Assembly: GCA_001793095.1 (NCBI GenBank)
Contig: MGHG01000012.1
Location: 72,647-136,646, forward strand
DNA length: 64,000 bases
Reading direction: 5' to 3'
From: Candidatus Woesebacteria bacterium RIFCSPLOWO2_01_FULL_39_23
Lineage (GTDB): Bacteria; Patescibacteriota; Microgenomatia; UBA8517
Part shown: piece by piece, positions 9,541-20,129 of the stretch
Layout: the number at the start of each line of letters is the position of its first letter
Numbering within the stretch: position 1 is the stretch's first letter
The notes under the pieces: generated by a model
What the model was told of the DNA's origin: nothing
Database searches by the model: none
The model's input: only the letters and a program-made list of their open reading frames with translations
Made by a program: the position numbers and the translations under genes

Positions 9541-10593
9541 ATGCCAGTAAATGCCGCTGAAGAACAGCTGAAAGTACTCGCTCAAAAAATTAGTTCAGCA
9601 AAATTACCCAAAGATTTGCAGGAAACTGTGAACGTTAGACTTGACCAGTTAGGAAGATTGACTGCATCGGCTTCATTTTTACCTGAACTTGATAGAATCA
9701 GCCGCTATATTGAATGGGTTATAAACCTCCCGTGGTTTAACCGAACTCAGGATAATCTTGATCTGACTCATGCAAAATCTATATTAGATAAAAATCATTT
9801 TGGCTTGTCTGAAATTAAAGACAGAATTTTGGAATATATGTCGGTAATGAAGCTTAAACAAGAAACGGGTGAAAAAGAAGGCATGATGCGGGCACCACTA
9901 CTATGTTTCGTCGGCTTGGTCGGAACCGGTAAAACAACGATAGCTGCCTCAATTGCCGAAGCACTGGGAAGAGAATTTGTGCGTATACCTTTTGGAGGAA
10001 TGGAGAGCCCCTTGGATCTCAGAGGCCAGTCAAGGGTTCAACCGGAAGCCGAGCCCGGTAAGATAATAAAAGGCTTAAGAGTGGCTAAAGCAAAAAACCC
10101 GGTGATTCTACTTGATGAAATCGATAGGGTTACTGAAGCCGGACGTGCTTCCATTATGGGAGTTCTTGTCGAACTTCTCGATCCGGAGCAAAATTATGCG
10201 TATGTGGATTATTATGTTGATTACCCATTTGATTTATCTGAAGTTTTATTTGTAGCAACTGCCAATAATACTCACCATATTGCAACAGCCGTACTCGATA
10301 GGTTGGAGCCGATAGCTATGCCCTCGTATTCCGACTTTGAGAAGATTACAGTAGGACGAGACTATATGTTCCCTAAAATATTAAAGAATTCCGGAATTCC
10401 GAAGGATGCCCTCCAGATTACAGAAGAAGTTTGGCCGCAAATTGTAAGACCGTTAGGGTTTGATGCAGGGACCAGAACTCTCGAACGCACAATTACCGGC
10501 ATGACCAGAAAAGTTGCTAGATTAATAGTTGAAGGGAAAGGAGATAAGTACATCATTACTCCCCAGAATGTTAAAGAATTCCTCCCAAGATGA
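9541..10593 (+). CDS. Lon-type AAA+ ATPase lacking the LonN and protease domains
   Basis: LDKNHFGLSEIKDRILEY, Walker A GLVGTGKTT, Walker B LLDEID, LLDPEQN, FDLSEVLFVATAN; ends after the AAA lid. Confidence 0.85.
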   Translation: MPVNAAEEQLKVLAQKISSAKLPKDLQETVNVRLDQLGRLTASASFLPELDRISRYIEWVINLPWFNRTQDNLDLTHAKSILDKNHFGLSEIKDRILEYMSVMKLKQETGEKEGMMRAPLLCFVGLVGTGKTTIAASIAEALGREFVRIPFGGMESPLDLRGQSRVQPEAEPGKIIKGLRVAKAKNPVILLDEIDRVTEAGRASIMGVLVELLDPEQNYAYVDYYVDYPFDLSEVLFVATANNTHHIATAVLDRLEPIAMPSYSDFEKITVGRDYMFPKILKNSGIPKDALQITEEVWPQIVRPLGFDAGTRTLERTITGMTRKVARLIVEGKGDKYIITPQNVKEFLPR

Positions 10594-10600
10594 GCTAGAA

Positions 10601-10700
10601 TATAAGAGTGAAAGAGTTGAAGAGTGTAAGTATTAATATTTTTTTAAATTCAAAATTCTAAATTAACTTTTACTCTCACGCTCTCCTGCTCTTTTACTCT
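10601..10700 (+). repeat. Octamer-unit inverted array (AAGAGT...ACTCTT)
   Basis: tataagag tgaaagag ttgaagag ... ttactctc acgctctc ctgctctt ttactcta, ending about 9 nt before ATG 10710. Confidence 0.75.
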
Positions 10701-10709
10701 ACTAAAATT

Positions 10710-11336
10710 ATGGATAAAAAGCAAAAACTTGAGGAATTAAGAAATAAAATGAAAAGTGATCAGTCATTACCCCTTCGACAGGGTGCAACAAATCTTGCGT
10801 TTGGTGATGGGGATCCAGAATCAGAATTATTATTTATCGGTGAGGGGCCGGGGTATTGGGAAGATATGAAAGGCATTCCGTTTGTCGGAAATGCCGGAGC
10901 TTTATTAAATCAACTTTTATCTTTAATTGGTATACCGAGAAATAAGATCTATATTACAAACGTGATTCATTATAGAGCCCCCGAAAACCGCGATCCTGAT
11001 CCGTCAGAAATAAATGCCTTTAAGCCGTATTTGGATGGAATAATAAAAATTATTGACCCTAAAGTAATTATAACCCTAGGGCGTTTTTCAATGGCGAAAT
11101 TTTTACCTGGGGTTATGATTAGTAATGTCCATGGAAAACCAAGTATGGTTGATGTAAACGGAAAAGAGATAACTATTGTTCCGATGTATCACCCCGCCGC
11201 GGCTTTAAGAAACGGTGAGGTAAAACTTAAACTGAAAAATGATTTTTTAAAACTTCCTGAAATATTAACATCGACTAACAATGATAAAAAAAATGATAAG
11301 ATTACTAAAAAGGAAGAACAAATGAACTTGATATAA
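10710..11336 (+). CDS. Uracil-DNA glycosylase, family 4
   Basis: IGEGPG...PFVGNAG, RAPENRDP, YHPAAALR. Confidence 0.92.
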   Translation: MDKKQKLEELRNKMKSDQSLPLRQGATNLAFGDGDPESELLFIGEGPGYWEDMKGIPFVGNAGALLNQLLSLIGIPRNKIYITNVIHYRAPENRDPDPSEINAFKPYLDGIIKIIDPKVIITLGRFSMAKFLPGVMISNVHGKPSMVDVNGKEITIVPMYHPAAALRNGEVKLKLKNDFLKLPEILTSTNNDKKNDKITKKEEQMNLI

Positions 11337-11396
11337 TAGCTCAAAGCTATTTATTATTTTATTAGTTTTACCATTTAAGTTATAAGTTATTAGTCA
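11334..11396 (+). repeat. Heptamer-unit inverted array
   Basis: taatagc tcaaagc ... atttaag ttataag ttattag tc before ATG 11401. Confidence 0.6.
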
Positions 11397-11400
11397 AATT

Positions 11401-13047
11401 ATGTTGAAGTTTATCGCACTTTCAGGAACAACAGACGTTACACAAAATCTCTATATTTATGAGAATGAAAATGACCTTATTGTTGTGGATTGCGGAGTTG
11501 GTTTTCCTGAGCCTGAGATGTATGGGGTCGATCTTATAATTCCTGATTTTACCTATGTTAAAGAAAATAAAAATAAACTACGGGGAATTTTAGTAACCCA
11601 TGGGCATGAGGACCATTTGGGAGCATTGCCATTTCTGATTCCTGAGGTAAATGCACCGATTTACGCGACGAAATTAACAGCCGGTTTTATTGAGGACAAA
11701 TTTAAAGATTACGGAATAAAAAATATTAAAGTCAATGTGATTGATCCCGTCAAGGACTCCATAACTTTGGGCTCTTTTACGGCAACTCCTTTTAGGGTTT
11801 CACATTCTGTTCCTGATGCAGTTGGATATGCAATTGATACTCCCGAAGGCAAGATTTTCCATGTTCCTGATTATAAGTTTGATTGGACACCGGTTGACGG
11901 AAATCCATTTGACATTTCTCGGGCAACTCTCCTCGCTTCCGGAGGGGTATTGGCACTTGCATCGGATTCGCTCGGTTCAACAACGCCGGGTTACACCGAA
12001 AGTGAAGCATCGATCGAACGAAGACTCGAAGTCTTATCAGAGAAGGCAAAAGGCCAGATATTTTTTACAACTATATCTTCAAATATTTCAAGAATCCAGC
12101 AGGCTTTAAGTGTTGCTCAAAAATTAGGAAGAAATGTCTCAATTATTGGAAGATCGATTGACAAAAAAGCGGATATTGCTGAAAATTTTGGTTACCTGCA
12201 TTTTCCAGACAATCTGGTCATACCCTCCAAACAATTAAACCAGATGCCAAAAAGTAAAAGAATGTACATTATCTCCGGGTCCTATGGCCAGCCGGGAAGC
12301 GCTTTATATAGACTCTCACTAAATGAGCACGATTTATTGAAAATTGAGGAAGGAGATACGGTAATATTTTCTTCAGATCCTGCGCCACCCGGATCGAAAA
12401 CAAACGTCGATTTTGTGGTTGATAGATTAATTGAATTAGGTGTCGATGTACATTATTACGATTTACAAGAAGACTTGCATGTTTCAGGACACGGTTCCCA
12501 AGAAGATATAAAGATGCTTTTTGCCCTTACCCGTCCGAAATTTTTTATACCGATTGGTGGAACTACCCGCCACAACAGAGCCTATAGAGATATTGCGGTT
12601 TCTTTAGGATCGGTTAAAGAGCATGTATTTGAACTTAAAGCTGGAGATGTTCTCGAATTCAGAGATAAATCTGCGAGGATTGCCGGTAATGTTCCTACAA
12701 AAGAGGTGTTGGTTGACGGTTTAGGTATTGGAGATGTAGGCAATGTTGTACTGAGAGATAGAAAGCTATTGGCGACTGATGGTATTGCAATCGCTCTTAT
12801 CCAAATAGACAGAAAGGGCGGGATGTTAATAACCGAACCGGTTATCTTTTCCCGAGGATTTGTGTATGAAGCCAAGACTAAAGACTTATTGAAAGAAGCT
12901 GCTCATGATTTGGAAAGACAAATTAGACAGAAAGATAAAATTGATAAAAATGAGGCAAGAATTATTGCAATCGATTTTCTGGAGAAGTTTTTCTACAAAA
13001 AAACCGGCCGCAGGCCAATGATTTTACCTCTAATTGTTGAAGCGTAA
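11401..13047 (+). CDS. rnj: Ribonuclease J
   Basis: THGHEDHLGA, HSVPD, DYKFD, HVSGH, RRPMILP. Confidence 0.96.
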   Translation: MLKFIALSGTTDVTQNLYIYENENDLIVVDCGVGFPEPEMYGVDLIIPDFTYVKENKNKLRGILVTHGHEDHLGALPFLIPEVNAPIYATKLTAGFIEDKFKDYGIKNIKVNVIDPVKDSITLGSFTATPFRVSHSVPDAVGYAIDTPEGKIFHVPDYKFDWTPVDGNPFDISRATLLASGGVLALASDSLGSTTPGYTESEASIERRLEVLSEKAKGQIFFTTISSNISRIQQALSVAQKLGRNVSIIGRSIDKKADIAENFGYLHFPDNLVIPSKQLNQMPKSKRMYIISGSYGQPGSALYRLSLNEHDLLKIEEGDTVIFSSDPAPPGSKTNVDFVVDRLIELGVDVHYYDLQEDLHVSGHGSQEDIKMLFALTRPKFFIPIGGTTRHNRAYRDIAVSLGSVKEHVFELKAGDVLEFRDKSARIAGNVPTKEVLVDGLGIGDVGNVVLRDRKLLATDGIAIALIQIDRKGGMLITEPVIFSRGFVYEAKTKDLLKEAAHDLERQIRQKDKIDKNEARIIAIDFLEKFFYKKTGRRPMILPLIVEA

Positions 13048-13105
13048 ATCGAACGCTTGAAATGAGCTAGACTAAACGTTTTATAATATAATTAAGCTAC
13101 GAAAT

Positions 13106-14332
13106 ATGAGTGAAATTTCAGATGTTCCGCAACACCTGCGCAAAGATATTGGTTTGAATCCAGGTTTTACTTCTTCCATCCCCAGTGAACAGTGGAGTAG
13201 TGAGAATCTTAAAAAAAAGCAGGAGTGGGAGAAGCGAGAAAATGAAAAGTTGGTTTCTGATAAGAGAATCAGAGAAGATGATGGTCTTAACGTTGCCCTA
13301 ATGGATAAGTATGGCCAGGGATTTTGGAATAGTTACATGAACTCGACAGCATATTTAAGAGACAAAATTGGTGAAATGGGCGCTGTTCCTTACTCTGATG
13401 GTGTTAAAAACCTTATGAAACATGCGACAGCTGTTACTTATGTAGAGTGGTTTGATAAAAGCGGGAAACCTGAATGGAGGTATTTGTTATATGGTAGACG
13501 CGATGGGAATAATCTTATAGATGATAGAACCCATGTAAGAGCAGTTAAATGGGAAAATGGAAATTGGGTAGAAGACTTTAAGTTTTCACCTGAGACAAAA
13601 ATACCTGTAGCGTCTGATCTGGAACCAGCTCCTGTCAAGGAAAGCCGTCAGGATAATAAAGATGGATATAGTAAGATAGTTGGATCTGAGAAAGCTGATG
13701 TGCCCCCCGGGAATGTAAGTGAAAGCATAGATGCGGTATTTGAGATAATTAACCAGAAATTAAACGAAGGCAAGAATGCATATGCCGAGCTTGATACTCA
13801 AAGAGTTGCTAAATTAACCCAGTTGTCATTAATACCTATTGATAACCAGGATGGAATACGCCTCAATATTTTCAGGGTTAATGAAACCGAAAAATTGACC
13901 GGGCAGCAAGGTACTTTAGATCTATCATTTAATGCAGCTGCAAGTAGGCCACTTGGACTCTTTAGAAGACGGATGAGGATGAGAGGTCCGGAAATCGGTT
14001 TTAGCGGCAATTTTACATTAGAGAATACACACGATGATAGAGGTATCCGCATAGCAGTAATTGAAACGAATCCAAAAGTAATGTTTGGTGAAGATCTATC
14101 AAATCTGGTAAATAGTCTTTTGGGAACAAACGAACGGAGTGAAAGCATACTTGAGGAAGTATACAGAGGATTTTTGAAAACCAAGTTTGGCGAGAAATTA
14201 AACAGGGTAACTTTCTATAAAACTGACGAAGGTTTATTGCGTATTGATCTTGAATGTGCCAAGACGCAGCAAGAAAAGCTAGTAGAAGAAGCTTCTTTAA
14301 AAGTGGGGACGCCACAGACTGCGAGTGTATAA
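13106..14332 (+). CDS. hypothetical protein
   Basis: 408-aa ORF with an upstream TATAAT; no recognised motif. Confidence 0.7.
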   Translation: MSEISDVPQHLRKDIGLNPGFTSSIPSEQWSSENLKKKQEWEKRENEKLVSDKRIREDDGLNVALMDKYGQGFWNSYMNSTAYLRDKIGEMGAVPYSDGVKNLMKHATAVTYVEWFDKSGKPEWRYLLYGRRDGNNLIDDRTHVRAVKWENGNWVEDFKFSPETKIPVASDLEPAPVKESRQDNKDGYSKIVGSEKADVPPGNVSESIDAVFEIINQKLNEGKNAYAELDTQRVAKLTQLSLIPIDNQDGIRLNIFRVNETEKLTGQQGTLDLSFNAAASRPLGLFRRRMRMRGPEIGFSGNFTLENTHDDRGIRIAVIETNPKVMFGEDLSNLVNSLLGTNERSESILEEVYRGFLKTKFGEKLNRVTFYKTDEGLLRIDLECAKTQQEKLVEEASLKVGTPQTASV

Positions 14333-14385
14333 ATAACTTACGCTTCTTTCATTAATTATGTACTCTTAGGTATAATGGATAAACA

Positions 14386-16494
14386 ATGTCGAAGAAAAAA
14401 ATCAGGAAAGCGAAATCAAAAAAGGCTTATAAAGTTAGGCTTAAACCCTCTACAGTACTTTCAATAGTCCAAATTGTTTTTTATTCTTTAGCCGGACTCA
14501 TAATAGTTTCTTTTTCAAGAAGAGGATTGATTCTTGTCAGATTAAACGATTTTCTTCTTCTGCTTTTTTCTTGGACTACTATATTTGTTCCATTTATTTT
14601 TGTTAGTTTAGGACTTCTCGTTTCAAAGCTCAGAGTGCCGATAGCCCAACCGAATGTCATTGTCGGCGCGCTTTTGTTTTTCATTTCCATCATGAGCTTG
14701 ACCAAGGCAGGATCTTTAGGCTTAGCTGCTTGGGATGGGATAGCAACATTGATTACAGGAGCCGGAGCAGCGATTGTTCTTTTTGGTTCAACTGTCGTAG
14801 GGCTCATCATCCTTTTTAATACGTCAATTGATCAGATAATTTTATTTTTCCTGCAATTTATGAAGACCTATACACTTCGGGGCGTATCTAATAAACAGCG
14901 TGGTTTCAAGACGTCGGGAAGAGGAGAAATGAAAGTATTGGGCGGGACTCAAAATCCTTCACAGCAAGCCAATACTTCCCGAATGGAAGAAAGAAAGGCA
15001 GTTTCCAATGAGCCCTTAGAGCAGAAACTAGTTAGTAATGTTGCAGGTGAAGATAAAATTTGGAAATACCCGCCCCTCTCCCTACTTACTGAAATTAGCC
15101 ACGGCAAGGCCGATCGGGGTGATATTAAAGGCAATGCAGCGACAATTGAACAGACACTTGAATCTTTCGGGATTGCAGCAAGAGTTGTTGAAGTAAATTT
15201 AGGACCAGCTGTCACCCAGTACGCAATTGAGGTGGCGCTTGGTACAAAGCTTTCTAAAATAACAGCTCTTGAGAGAGATCTTGCACTGTCACTTGCTGCA
15301 CCAACTGGAACTATTAGAATTGAAGCTCCGATTCCGGGACGCTCTCTCGTTGGAATAGAACTTCCTAATCGGGCACCGGAATTTGTTGATATCAGAAAAA
15401 TGATGGAGTCGCATGAAATTAAAGAAGCGAAGAGTAAACTGGCAGTTTCTCTCGGACTCGATGTCTCCGGTAAACCGGTTGTTGCAGATCTCGCAAAAAT
15501 GCCGCACGTTCTCGTAGCCGGTCAAACGGGTTCAGGTAAATCGGTTTGTATTAATACCTTTTTAGCAACCCTACTTTTTAGAGCTTCACCTTCTGAGGTT
15601 AAATTAATTTTGGTTGACCCCAAAAGAGTTGAATTAACATCTTACAATAATGTTCCACATCTTCTTACACCCGTTATTGTCGATACGGAGAAAGTAATTT
15701 CTGCACTCAAGTGGATCATGAGCGAGATGGATAGACGTTACAAACTTTTTGCTCAGGCGGGTTCAAGGAATATTGATTCCTATAATGAAATGTCGGGTTT
15801 TCAGGCCCTTCCATATATTGTGTTAATAATTGACGAACTGGCTGACGTCATGCTCTTTTCTCCGGTTGAGGTAGAGGATGCTATTACTAGGATTGCGCAA
15901 ATGAGTAGAGCAACGGGAATTCATATGGTACTTTCGACACAAAGACCAAGTGTTGATATCATAACCGGTCTTATTAAGGCAAATATACCCTGCAGAATCG
16001 CATTTGCTGTAGCTTCTCAGGTAGATTCGCGGGTAATTCTCGACGGTCAGGGAGCAGAAAAATTGTTGGGTCGCGGAGATATGCTTTATCTTCCTCCTGA
16101 GCAGGCAAAACCAATTAGAATTCAGGGGGCTTTTGTGTCTGATAAAGACATAAATGCGCTGGTAGCTTACCTAAAAAATCAGGGAATATCTCCCCAATAT
16201 ACGGAAGAGGTTACAACAATGGCAAAGTCAGCTGGTGCAGTTCCCGGTATAGACGGTGACGTTGACGATTTTTTCAAAGAAGCAGTTGCTGTTGTTTGTC
16301 AGTATGACAGGGCTTCAGCCTCTCTTCTTCAAAGGAGATTGTCGGTTGGCTATGCCAGGGCAGCCAGAATTATAGATCAACTGGAATCAGCTGGTGTGGT
16401 CGGTCCGGCAGAAGGATCCAAATCCAGAGATGTTTTAATCAGAAGCGCTGAAGAATTTTTTGCTTCTTCCCAAAATAGCGAAACCTCCCAATAA
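14386..16494 (+). CDS. ftsK: DNA translocase FtsK
   Basis: N-terminal TM helices, MPHVLVAGQTGSGKS, DELAD, TQRPSVD, gamma domain ASASLLQRRLSVGYARAARII. Confidence 0.97.
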   Translation: MSKKKIRKAKSKKAYKVRLKPSTVLSIVQIVFYSLAGLIIVSFSRRGLILVRLNDFLLLLFSWTTIFVPFIFVSLGLLVSKLRVPIAQPNVIVGALLFFISIMSLTKAGSLGLAAWDGIATLITGAGAAIVLFGSTVVGLIILFNTSIDQIILFFLQFMKTYTLRGVSNKQRGFKTSGRGEMKVLGGTQNPSQQANTSRMEERKAVSNEPLEQKLVSNVAGEDKIWKYPPLSLLTEISHGKADRGDIKGNAATIEQTLESFGIAARVVEVNLGPAVTQYAIEVALGTKLSKITALERDLALSLAAPTGTIRIEAPIPGRSLVGIELPNRAPEFVDIRKMMESHEIKEAKSKLAVSLGLDVSGKPVVADLAKMPHVLVAGQTGSGKSVCINTFLATLLFRASPSEVKLILVDPKRVELTSYNNVPHLLTPVIVDTEKVISALKWIMSEMDRRYKLFAQAGSRNIDSYNEMSGFQALPYIVLIIDELADVMLFSPVEVEDAITRIAQMSRATGIHMVLSTQRPSVDIITGLIKANIPCRIAFAVASQVDSRVILDGQGAEKLLGRGDMLYLPPEQAKPIRIQGAFVSDKDINALVAYLKNQGISPQYTEEVTTMAKSAGAVPGIDGDVDDFFKEAVAVVCQYDRASASLLQRRLSVGYARAARIIDQLESAGVVGPAEGSKSRDVLIRSAEEFFASSQNSETSQ

Positions 16495-16511
16495 AGCAGA
16501 TACATTAGATC

Positions 16512-17138
16512 ATGAAAACAATCGGAAACTATCTTAAGGAAGCCAGAGTACGGAAAAAATATTCCAGGGAGAAACTTGAACAGGAAACAAAAATTAAAAA
16601 AGAATTTATCGAGGCGATAGAAAAAGAGGACTGGATCAAGCTTCCCGATTATACGGTCGTGGTAGGCTTTATAAAAAGTTTGGCGCAGGCCGTTGGCATA
16701 CTTCCGAGCCAAGCCGTTGCTTTTCTGAGGCGTGACTATCCGCCGAAAAAAGTTGATGTTAATCCGAAACCTGATTTGAAGTCGAAATTCAGTTGGAGTC
16801 CCAAACTCACCTTTATTGCTTCGATTTTTATAATTTTACTTTTGGTAATAGGTTATCTCACTTTTCAGTATGTAAAATTCATGAGTCCACCGAAACTTTT
16901 TATTGATTCTCCAACCCAAGGACAAGTGATAACAAGTTATGAGGTGAAAATTTCGGGAGAAACAGACAAAGATGCAAGTATAAAAGTCAATAATCAGCCA
17001 ATTTTAGTTAGTGAAGAAGGGACTTTTAGTGGCACTGTTGAGATATTCGAGGGAACTATGGAAATTGATGTCAGGGCAATATCCAGATCTGGAAAAGAAA
17101 CACAAATCGTGCGTAAAATACAAGTGGAGCTGAAATAA
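16512..17138 (+). CDS. RodZ-like HTH membrane protein with C-terminal Ig-like domain
   Basis: IGNYLKEAR...TKIKKEFIEAIE HTH, single TM helix, beta-rich tail; downstream of ftsK. Confidence 0.75.
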   Translation: MKTIGNYLKEARVRKKYSREKLEQETKIKKEFIEAIEKEDWIKLPDYTVVVGFIKSLAQAVGILPSQAVAFLRRDYPPKKVDVNPKPDLKSKFSWSPKLTFIASIFIILLLVIGYLTFQYVKFMSPPKLFIDSPTQGQVITSYEVKISGETDKDASIKVNNQPILVSEEGTFSGTVEIFEGTMEIDVRAISRSGKETQIVRKIQVELK

Positions 17139-17228
17139 ATTTAAGGCTCATATATTAAAATTTAAAACTATACTCATATAAATTTTTTGTATTATACTTT
17201 TAGTTCTAAGTTATTAGTCATAAGTTAA
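17139..17228 (+). repeat. Heptamer-unit inverted array
   Basis: 3' arm tttag ttctaag ttattag tcataag tta ends just before ATG 17234. Confidence 0.6.
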
Positions 17229-17233
17229 TACCT

Positions 17234-17470
17234 ATGGACGGTGTACAAAAATTACTAATTATTGTTGTTGTAACTTTGACTATATTGCTTTCTTTTGCGG
17301 GAATTCAGGTCATTCTCATAATGCTTGATCTGCGGCGGGGAATAAAACGGTTGAACTCAATTTTAGAAGATGCTCTACTAGGCGGAGGGTTAATCCGCCC
17401 TGAAAAGCTAACGGGAATAATTGAGATGTTTAAAAGGGGGAAAAAAGTTAAAGAGAGAGGAACACAGTAA
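17234..17470 (+). CDS. small membrane protein
   Basis: N-terminal hydrophobic helix, 78 aa. Confidence 0.7.
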   Translation: MDGVQKLLIIVVVTLTILLSFAGIQVILIMLDLRRGIKRLNSILEDALLGGGLIRPEKLTGIIEMFKRGKKVKERGTQ

Positions 17471-17490
17471 GCTTGCTTTAACTAAATAAC

Positions 17491-17835
17491 TCATTTAGAA
17501 AATTCCAAGTATAATTTTTCCCTGTCTTCATTTACTTTGGCAAGTTGTTTTTCGATATTCTTCATAGCAACTTTTAAATGGGGCTTTAAGCGGAAATCGA
17601 GCATGTTATTTATTTCGGCCCATTGACGCAGGAGCTGATAGTTTCTATTTTCGAGAGCTTTCCGTATCAGTTCAAATTGCATATGGCGGCTAAGTGTGTG
17701 CCATTCAGGAAAAGTGGCCAGATATTCAGGGTCATATTCACCCATATCGATCGCCTTTTGCAATGTAATTTTTGTAGAGGATGTAGGTTTACTTCCAGAT
17801 ATTTTTTCTTTCGTCCCTTCAGTCTCAAAAGCCAT
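17491..17835 (-). CDS. hypothetical helical protein
   Basis: 114-aa ORF with protein-like composition. Confidence 0.7.
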   Translation of the reverse strand: MAFETEGTKEKISGSKPTSSTKITLQKAIDMGEYDPEYLATFPEWHTLSRHMQFELIRKALENRNYQLLRQWAEINNMLDFRLKPHLKVAMKNIEKQLAKVNEDREKLYLEFSK

Positions 17836-17867
17836 GTTGCTAACCTTAATCTAATTTTATACAAATA

Positions 17868-18182
17868 TCATAATCCGTCTATGTCGACTCTCCTGATTCT
17901 TCGTCCGTTGCTGTAATCGTAAACTACATTTTTACAATCTGCCAGAGTCATTGGTTGGCTCCTTGCGCTCATAGCTTTTAAACCGTCAGAACTAACACTC
18001 CTATTATCTCTTGTTAATTTTGGTTCCAACTGTCTGGCAATTACTTTTAGCTTATGTGCAAGGGCGGCATCATCAATTTCGGCAAATGGATTTCCTGAAT
18101 TAAATGCTTTCAGTTCAACAAGAAAAGCTTTGAACTGTAAGTTGCTGGCTAATTTTTCTAAACTTTCTCTATCAAGATTCAT
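17868..18182 (-). CDS. hypothetical protein
   Basis: 104-aa ORF with an upstream TATAAT on the minus strand. Confidence 0.55.
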   Translation of the reverse strand: MNLDRESLEKLASNLQFKAFLVELKAFNSGNPFAEIDDAALAHKLKVIARQLEPKLTRDNRSVSSDGLKAMSARSQPMTLADCKNVVYDYSNGRRIRRVDIDGL

Positions 18183-18246
18183 ATATTATTTGGATATTAT
18201 AGTCGTCAGGTTTTGTAAGATCAATTTTACATGTATAATTGAGCTC

Positions 18247-20067
18247 ATGACGGGAAAAGAAGTAAGAGAAAAATTCCTAAAGTTTTTTAAGGGTGCTCCC
18301 CGTAGTCATGTCGAGATTTCACCCGCTCCTTTGGTTTTGGAGAACGATCCCACAACGCTTTTTACATCATCCGGTATGCAACCACTTGTCCTGTTTTTGA
18401 TGGGTGAGTCTCATCCTAACGGAAAAAGACTTGTAGATTCTCAACCGAGTTTACGGACGACAGATATTGACGAAGTTGGTGATAACCGGCATTTAACTTT
18501 TTTGGAAATGCTGGGGAATTGGTCGCTTGGGGATTATTTCAAAAAGGAACAGTTGCCTTGGTTTTATGAATTCTTAACTAAAGAGCTTGAACTTGATAAA
18601 GAAAAAATCTGGGTATCTGTATTTGAGGGAAACGAACAAGTTCCGAGAGATGAAGAATCAGCCGAGATTTGGAGAAGTCTTGGTATTACAGAAGAAAGAA
18701 TTCATTACTACGGCGTTGAAAAGAACTGGTGGTCAAGATCAGGCACACCTGAACAAATGCCAGTCGGTGAGATTGGCGGACCCGATTCAGAAGTTTTTTA
18801 TGACTTTGGGAAAGAACTTGGTTTACACGATGTGTTTCTTGACAGGGGTAACCCCTGTCACCCGAATTGTGAATGCGGGAGATTCTTAGAAATAGGTAAC
18901 TCCGTGTTTATGCAATATAAAAAGGTAGGCGACGGAAAATTGGAAGAATTACCCCAGAGGAATGTTGACTTTGGAGGCGGACTAGAGAGATTAACTGCAG
19001 CAACAATCAATAATCCTGACGTTTTTGCTACTGATCTTTTTAAAGGGTTGATTGAGTTGGTAGGTAAAAATACCCACAAGGACTACGATAGTAATATGTC
19101 TGATTTTAGAGTGATTGCAGATCACGTCAGGGCAGCAGTCTTCCTTGCAGATTTGGGAATTACCCCTTCTAATAAAGAGCATGGTTATGTACTAAGAAGA
19201 TTAATCCGCAGAGCCTGCGTAAAATTGAGACAGCTGAAAGGTAATTTGAATAATAATGACTTTAGCGACTTAGTCGGAGAAACGTATAAAATTTTTTCCG
19301 GAGTCTATCTTAATAGTGGTGTAAAAAATACATTAACAATTATCGAAGAAGAAGTTGATAAATTTATAAAAACTTTAGACCGGGGATTAAAAGAATTGGG
19401 GAAGTTGGAACAAATCGACGCAAGAGTGGCATTTAATTTATACCAATCTTACGGATTTCCCTTAGAAATAACTAAAGAATTAGCTGAAGAAAAAGGTCAA
19501 AAGTTAGATTTGGAGAAATTTAAGAAAGAGTTTGATAAACACAAAGATTTATCAAGAACAACTTCGGCTGGAGTTTTTAAAGGCGGGCTTGCGGATCATT
19601 CACCGGAGGTTGTAAAGCTGCATACCGCAACGCATTTACTTTTAACGTCGCTCAGAGAGGTTTTAGGAGAACACGTTGTCCAAAAAGGCCAGAATATAAC
19701 TAAAGAGCGATCAAGGTTTGATTTTCCGAATCCTGAAAAATTAACAGATGATCAATTGCAGAAAGTCGAAAATTTTATCAACGGAATTATTAATAAAGAC
19801 TTGCCGATTAAATTTGAAGTTATGCCTAAGGACCAAGCGCTGGCAACAGGTGCTATTCATGCTTTTAATGAAAAATATACTGATACGGTAAAGATATATT
19901 ATGTTGGAGAAGAATTAGATGATGCAATAAGTCGAGAATTTTGCGGTGGTCCGCACGTGACTCACACAGGTGAGATTGGAAGTGTTAAAATAAAAAAGCA
20001 GGAGAAAATAGGAAGTGGAATAATTAGACTATATATTATTTTGAATAACTCAGAATTCATAAGTTAA
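18247..20067 (+). CDS. alaS: Alanine--tRNA ligase, short form without C-Ala domain
   Basis: DPTTLFTSSGMQP, FLEMLGNWS, DFGGGLER, HTATHLL, EFCGGPHV; start reassigned to ATG 18247. Confidence 0.96.
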   Translation: MTGKEVREKFLKFFKGAPRSHVEISPAPLVLENDPTTLFTSSGMQPLVLFLMGESHPNGKRLVDSQPSLRTTDIDEVGDNRHLTFLEMLGNWSLGDYFKKEQLPWFYEFLTKELELDKEKIWVSVFEGNEQVPRDEESAEIWRSLGITEERIHYYGVEKNWWSRSGTPEQMPVGEIGGPDSEVFYDFGKELGLHDVFLDRGNPCHPNCECGRFLEIGNSVFMQYKKVGDGKLEELPQRNVDFGGGLERLTAATINNPDVFATDLFKGLIELVGKNTHKDYDSNMSDFRVIADHVRAAVFLADLGITPSNKEHGYVLRRLIRRACVKLRQLKGNLNNNDFSDLVGETYKIFSGVYLNSGVKNTLTIIEEEVDKFIKTLDRGLKELGKLEQIDARVAFNLYQSYGFPLEITKELAEEKGQKLDLEKFKKEFDKHKDLSRTTSAGVFKGGLADHSPEVVKLHTATHLLLTSLREVLGEHVVQKGQNITKERSRFDFPNPEKLTDDQLQKVENFINGIINKDLPIKFEVMPKDQALATGAIHAFNEKYTDTVKIYYVGEELDDAISREFCGGPHVTHTGEIGSVKIKKQEKIGSGIIRLYIILNNSEFIS

Positions 20068-20124
20068 AGCTCAAAACTGCTGAGGCGAACAAAATTTGAC
20101 ATTTGAGTTTTTAGTTTTAAGTTA
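20044..20124 (+). repeat. Heptamer-unit inverted array overlapping the alaS stop
   Basis: aataac tcagaat tcataag ttaaagc tcaaaac ... atttgag tttttag ttttaag tt. Confidence 0.7.
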
Positions 20125-20129
20125 ATTCA

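Noticed and set aside
18130-18246. Long N-terminal extensions in the ORF track for alaS (also rpsL, rpsG, rplC, rpsC, rpsN, map, rpoA)
   Set aside because: Upstream alternative starts; conserved N-termini and promoter/RBS positions point to the later starts listed in features
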